From Psammoneis japonica (lineage: Eukaryota), in assembly GCA_008632985.1 (NCBI GenBank), contig QPGO01000008.1, forward strand, positions 600,979-664,978: DNA of 64,000 nt, read 5' to 3'. Positions 59,148-64,000 of the stretch are shown one piece after another. The first letter of the stretch is position 1. Each line of letters starts with the position of its first letter. Under the pieces are notes generated by a model. It worked only from the letters and a program-made list of their open reading frames with translations. It had not been told where the DNA came from and made no database searches. A program made the translations under genes and the position numbers.

Positions 59148-61206
59148 TTATTTGTTCTTGTCGATCCATCGTTTCAGAGCGCCTTCCGCGTATGCCTCAT
59201 CAGTTCCATCGAACATTTCCTCGTCGGCAATAAAGCAATGCAGGATCGTATCGATTGCCATATCGTAGATATCCATAAACATGTCAGAAACGAAGTAAGC
59301 AATCAAATAGACAAAGACCACAGGCCCCACGACGGAATGCAATTCATCCTTGATTTGCTCGTTCATGACGTAGTAGCCTAAACCTGTGGTGACAGACGCA
59401 ATGAACAGCTTGCCAATAATAAGAATCGCGGCAGACACATATGTGATTGCTCCAACGCGCGCCGCATTTCGAAAAATAAGGTAAAAAGCCGCCCGGCAAG
59501 ATCGACAAAACGATGTGCCAAAGATAGCGGTTTGAATGTAGGCGTTCTTGCTCAAAAATTTGAGGCACCTTTCCAGACACCACAGGCAGCATTGACAGCA
59601 ACATAGGACGCAATTGCCGACCTTGCTATCCATTTCCTTCATCTTCTTCTGAATTCGTGTCAGGATGGCTCGGATGATTTGGACAATCGCAATTACGAGA
59701 GAGCCAAATGCGCAGGTTCCCAGATGAAATTTATGCACATCCCGTAAACTCGAGAACACTGTGCAACTTCCGACCCTCCTCTTGTCTTTCGAAAAGTACC
59801 ACTTTGAAACCGACATGGCGACGACCATGTCACCAATAGCGATGATGAAGTTCGCGGTCCAGAACCAGCAAAAGAGAAGATACCACGCAGAGTTCTGAAC
59901 AAACGTGTCGAATTCAAACGTTCTGAACGCTACAGTCACGCCGGTAATTGGATCAATCGTGACTTCCGTTCTGGTAACTTCACCAAGGGATGTGAGATGG
60001 ATTCCGTAGACGAGAAGAACAACCATGAATGCAATAAAACCAGCGCCTTGAAGGATAGGCAACAAGATGATTGCAGGCATTCTTGTGATAGCTTTGCCAG
60101 CTTCCTTGACACAACCAATTGCTAACTGAATCTGTTTTCGGAGACACACCACAATCAACGCGAGGAATATGCCAATCGCAATCAAGACGTATCCAGCTAT
60201 TCGTGTAGCGTTGATAGTTGTATCATCCCAAATCTGCGGCTCTTCCTTGTCCCACGTATCAGCGCGATCAATAGCATAGTACCCAACTAATCCAAACATT
60301 GCGAGAGATATCAGAATCGATCCCCAAATCACAAGATTTAATATGCAAGGTATTCGGAGTAAGACAATGTATACAAAGCTCAATATCTGCAGAAGAATGT
60401 CAAAAGAACACAAAGAAATGCGTGAAAGATCATTCCAACTTGGAGGGAAATGCAGTACAGAGGTTCACACGGCTACTTACAAGAGCAACCCCGAAACCAA
60501 AACCGCATACATACACTCTTGCTGTCCAAAGATCAGCAAACAAATCGTTCCAAAAGTTTGTTACAGTGTCTATCGCCAGGGTGGAGTTGCTCTCTACCAG
60601 AGTTTCAATTCGTTCTTCCGCTGCTTTGGTAAGTTTGCAATAGCCTAGCCAGTCGTAACTGTCGCCCACGTAGTAGGCGTACGCATATCCTTGGTTAATA
60701 CCAACACTTGTCCACGACTCCTGTGGGGAATTGTTAGGAAAACAAGATTCTTCGTCGCAGTACAAGGCATCCTCTGAGCCCGAATAGTTACCTACTTCGA
60801 TTGCGTCGACAGGCAACTCAGCACCCTCTGCTTGCCACACACCACCATAGGTAATCAGAGTACGAATGTCTGTGACACCATCTTCGGTATCGTTCGCTGA
60901 TATGGACGGACACTCTTTGACGCACACACCACCGGTAAATGAATTGACAAAGTAAAGGTAGGGGTAATCGGTCATGTTGACGGAACCTAAGTCCGTTCCG
61001 CAAATATTCCCGTCGTAGTCTAGGGGGTTTAACACAACGCGGTAGTCTCCATTCTTTACAGAATAAACCCCGAGAGCCGTCATTGCAGCCCAAGCAACGA
61101 TTAAGAGTCCTGCACACAAGATATCAGTACAACGCCGTTCACTCGTCGGACCATCAAAGTCAGGCGGAGCTCGAAGTTTCTCTGTTGCTTCTTCGTCATT
61201 ACCCAT
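59148..61206 (-). CDS. Choline transporter-like protein (CTL/SLC44), 2 exons
   Basis: RRCTDILC, YPYLYF, VCVKECP, HLGTCAFGSL, FLSKNAYIQTAIFG, DTILHCF; multiple TM helices. Confidence 0.92.
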
Positions 61207-62090
61207 GTCTAATATGAATGTTACTGCAGCTAATGTAGTCAGGCATAGAGTTTAAAATCATCACAGAAACTTGTTGTAAGTCATATGGCATCAGAAGATG
61301 ATTGATTCATTCGCGACTCTCAAGTGGTGGCAAGAAACGCTGTAGAATTTCTTTCGGTTGGAATGATCGCAATACCACGAACGTCGAACATCATGCTTCG
61401 ACATAAGATTGTGATCCTCCTCGAGACACTCTTGGAAGTCTGTCCTGACCAATACTTACATCTTAAAGAGACTTAGCCTTGTAGTTTACGCTTCGTCATT
61501 GTTCTCTCCGCCGTTCCGTATTATTTTTTGAACTGTGGCCACAGCGACCGTTAGATCGCGAAACACGAATCAACAAGCTACACGAGTACCAGTACAAAAT
61601 GTACCTACTGATATTTCTACTAAAACTTGTATGAATAGTCGGAATCGCGCGAAACATAGGATATTCATGGATGAATTTTATACATTTATGAATTGTGATT
61701 TCGATTTTTCGATCGCTCATTTTTTCGCAACATCCACTTTGAAGAATTCGATCCTAGATAGAGCACACTGTAAACTCGACAGGGAAAGGCCAAAATGAGA
61801 CCCTGGTGCAGAACATCTCTGCTGACAATGCCAACCTCATATTCCACCGTCGAAACCATCAATGCGACGCGTGAGATGATGGCAACCTGAACAGCAATGT
61901 CTCGACAGACCTTCGCTGTGCGCCCCGCGCGCTTTTACGCACTCCATCAGCTCCCAACATGAAATCTTCACGCACCTGCGGCTGCGGTGGGCCGGCGGGG
62001 CCGCGGCGAGGCGTTTTCCCAACGAACTTTGGAACTTGCAAAAGCTGCTTTTGATTGCGCATTCCTCTTGTGTTTTCTTCTTGTTCCCCA

Positions 62091-62900
62091 ATGATGTCTC
62101 CATCAATAAGTCCCGGTGATAGAGACCATCCTCTTGAAGTTGGTGTGGTATTTGAATCGGTGACGAATAGCAAGGGGTGTGCTCACGAGTTCCGACTCGA
62201 CAAGCTCGCAATGTACCTTGACGGAACAACTTCTGCTGGTTCTGCAATGAATCGACACGACCAATGTCTTGAATGTCGAAGAAACATTTCCATGGTCTGT
62301 GATAAGGTTGTTGCTGCGTCGTCCGCCAGCGAAAGCATCAGAGTAGTTTCGTTTCGATACGGGAAGCAAGTGTACCGACTCGCCGTGGATGACAGTAACA
62401 AGTGGTGGTGGCAGCGTGGGGGGATGACGGCACAAGCTAGAATAGCGGATTCCCTGAGAATGAATGCAAAGAGTGGTATGAAGGTGAGATTTTTTCTCCT
62501 TTTCTCCCCCCCCCCCCCTTGGATCCTTTGCCACATCCATCATTCTTCACTTTGCTCCTTTCTTGATTTGCTCGGTTAGATTCTCTGCAAAGGGAAGGTC
62601 ATTTATCCTGCTGCAAGCGGATCATATCAAGAAGTATCTAACAAAATATTGGAAATATGTCAGATGGATTGGAGTATGTCTAAGAAGCCCTCTTTGGTTG
62701 TCATGGGCACCAGGTCTGGACAAGAAGTTCGAGAGCAGTCGAATGTTTTCAAGATGGTTTATCAGGTCTCGGTTCATGTAGCTCAGTGGAGTTTCGCTGT
62801 GGCGCTCCACATAACTCAAAGCGCTTTTGAAATCATGTTATGGCCATTGAGATCGGCGGGATATCTCGCCCCATCACGCAGAGAAGGAAGAGAAGAATGA
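62091..62900 (+). CDS. Hypothetical protein with a possible ubiquitin-like domain, 2 exons
   Basis: Spliced reading GMK|ILCKGKVIYP...PSLVVMGT resembles a UBL core; GT-AG intron about 62484-62579. Confidence 0.6.
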
Positions 62901-63139
62901 GAAGTTAATGCTCTCGTGCTTACCGTAGATTGCAATCTCTTTCGCCCTTCCGCACGTGATATTGCGGTTTCCTTTATGCCTTTGGTCTACCGGTCTACCA
63001 TTACGATATTTGTTCTCTCTAGAGAGAGTGCTAATGAGCAGTTTGTAGTTAGCTTTTCCTGCAGAGCTGCTCTCTAGAGTCCTAACTTGAGAGTCTCTCA
63101 GCTTCTTCGATCAGTGCTCTAGCTACTTCTACGAGCGGC

Positions 63140-64000
63140 TGTGACAAGCATCAGTTACAACTCATCTTGGAGATGGCTGCGCAGAATATTTCAATTCCAC
63201 GGTGCTTCTGTGACTAAACAAGGGTGACCTGCACACTGCTGCTGACAGAGACTGCATGCGTCAGTGTTGTTGCGGAGAACTTTTGCCCACAAAGCAGAGT
63301 CCCTGATGGGACAATTGATTTGCCTGCAACAGAAAGGCCATGCAACAATCAATCACCCCCTGGCATTGCTTTGAGCAGGACATCCCTGTCCTCTGTTGTC
63401 TGATGCTGCTCTCCAGCCTCCTCATTCTTGAACCAATCAAAGAGTCAAATGCCATCATCAGTGCTGATTGCACTTGTGTGGCATGAAGTTCACACATGTT
63501 CTGAGCCTGAAATTTGTCAGGCTTCTTGAAGCCAATGAACAATCCATGTTTTCCAACACTGCAGCCCTTGCATTTGATGCTCGCATTTGCTTTGTCAACA
63601 CAGCCATTGACAGAGAGTGCAGCGCTCTGATCAATGGTCTCCCTGGAAAGGTGGGAGGTCATGTGCTGTCTGGCAGGTGCTTCATTGACCAGGAAACACT
63701 GCAACAACAAAGAGCCCATGCTGCACAACTGTGATTGGGTTGAAATGGAAGTGTGACAATGCATGTGAAGAAACTCAGAATTGGTGGTGGAGCCATCTTT
63801 CTGAAGCCACCAGAGCCTGCCATTTTGTGGGGCAGTTGACAAAGAGCTCCGCACAAAAGAAATTGTGATGAATTTTGGAGCTTCTGCAGGGCTGGGCCTT
63901 GCATGGCAATCAGAGAACAACAAGACAATCTTTTGGACATGTCAGCAAAATGATCAAGAATGCCAACAACAACCTGCTGTCAAGAGGGCTCCCATCTTTT
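63140..64000. other. Hypermutated block D (runs off the window edge)
   Basis: No TA seen from about 63220 to 64000; TG/CA-rich; family unidentified. Confidence 0.85.

Overview
Eukaryotic nuclear DNA, most likely a diatom. This is inferred from short GT-AG introns, bipartite plastid-targeting presequences, ShKT-prolyl-4-hydroxylases, and a Copia element whose RT has a QVDD motif. Compact host genes (UCH-L3-like, four ShKT-P4H paralogues, ELP4, 2-PGK-like, NAD kinase, ALG5, FG-GAP protein, CRM protein, alpha/beta hydrolase, kinase-like protein, PLAC8, ValRS, choline transporter-like) alternate with four blocks of radically different composition (~480-9990, ~18090-30600, ~50800-53220, ~63140-end). 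In these blocks TpA is almost erased and CpG is reduced, both replaced by TpG/CpA. The blocks hold a full-length Copia LTR retrotransposon (161-bp LTRs, GAGCC TSD), a Plavaka-like transposase relic, and a non-autonomous element with 102-bp TIRs. The main candidate novel system is a repeat-targeted, RIP-like TpA->TpG/CpA (A:T->G:C) hypermutation. It is seen directly in LTR-pair differences and in Tyr->Cys/His changes in conserved Pol motifs, spares TA in a TYTA/TARA context, and appears to spread into flanking host DNA. Secondary highlights are a precisely duplicated intron and a 3-nt micro-exon in P4H paralogues, and TpA-dense CTAG tracts between genes. All counts are manual tallies and should be recomputed.
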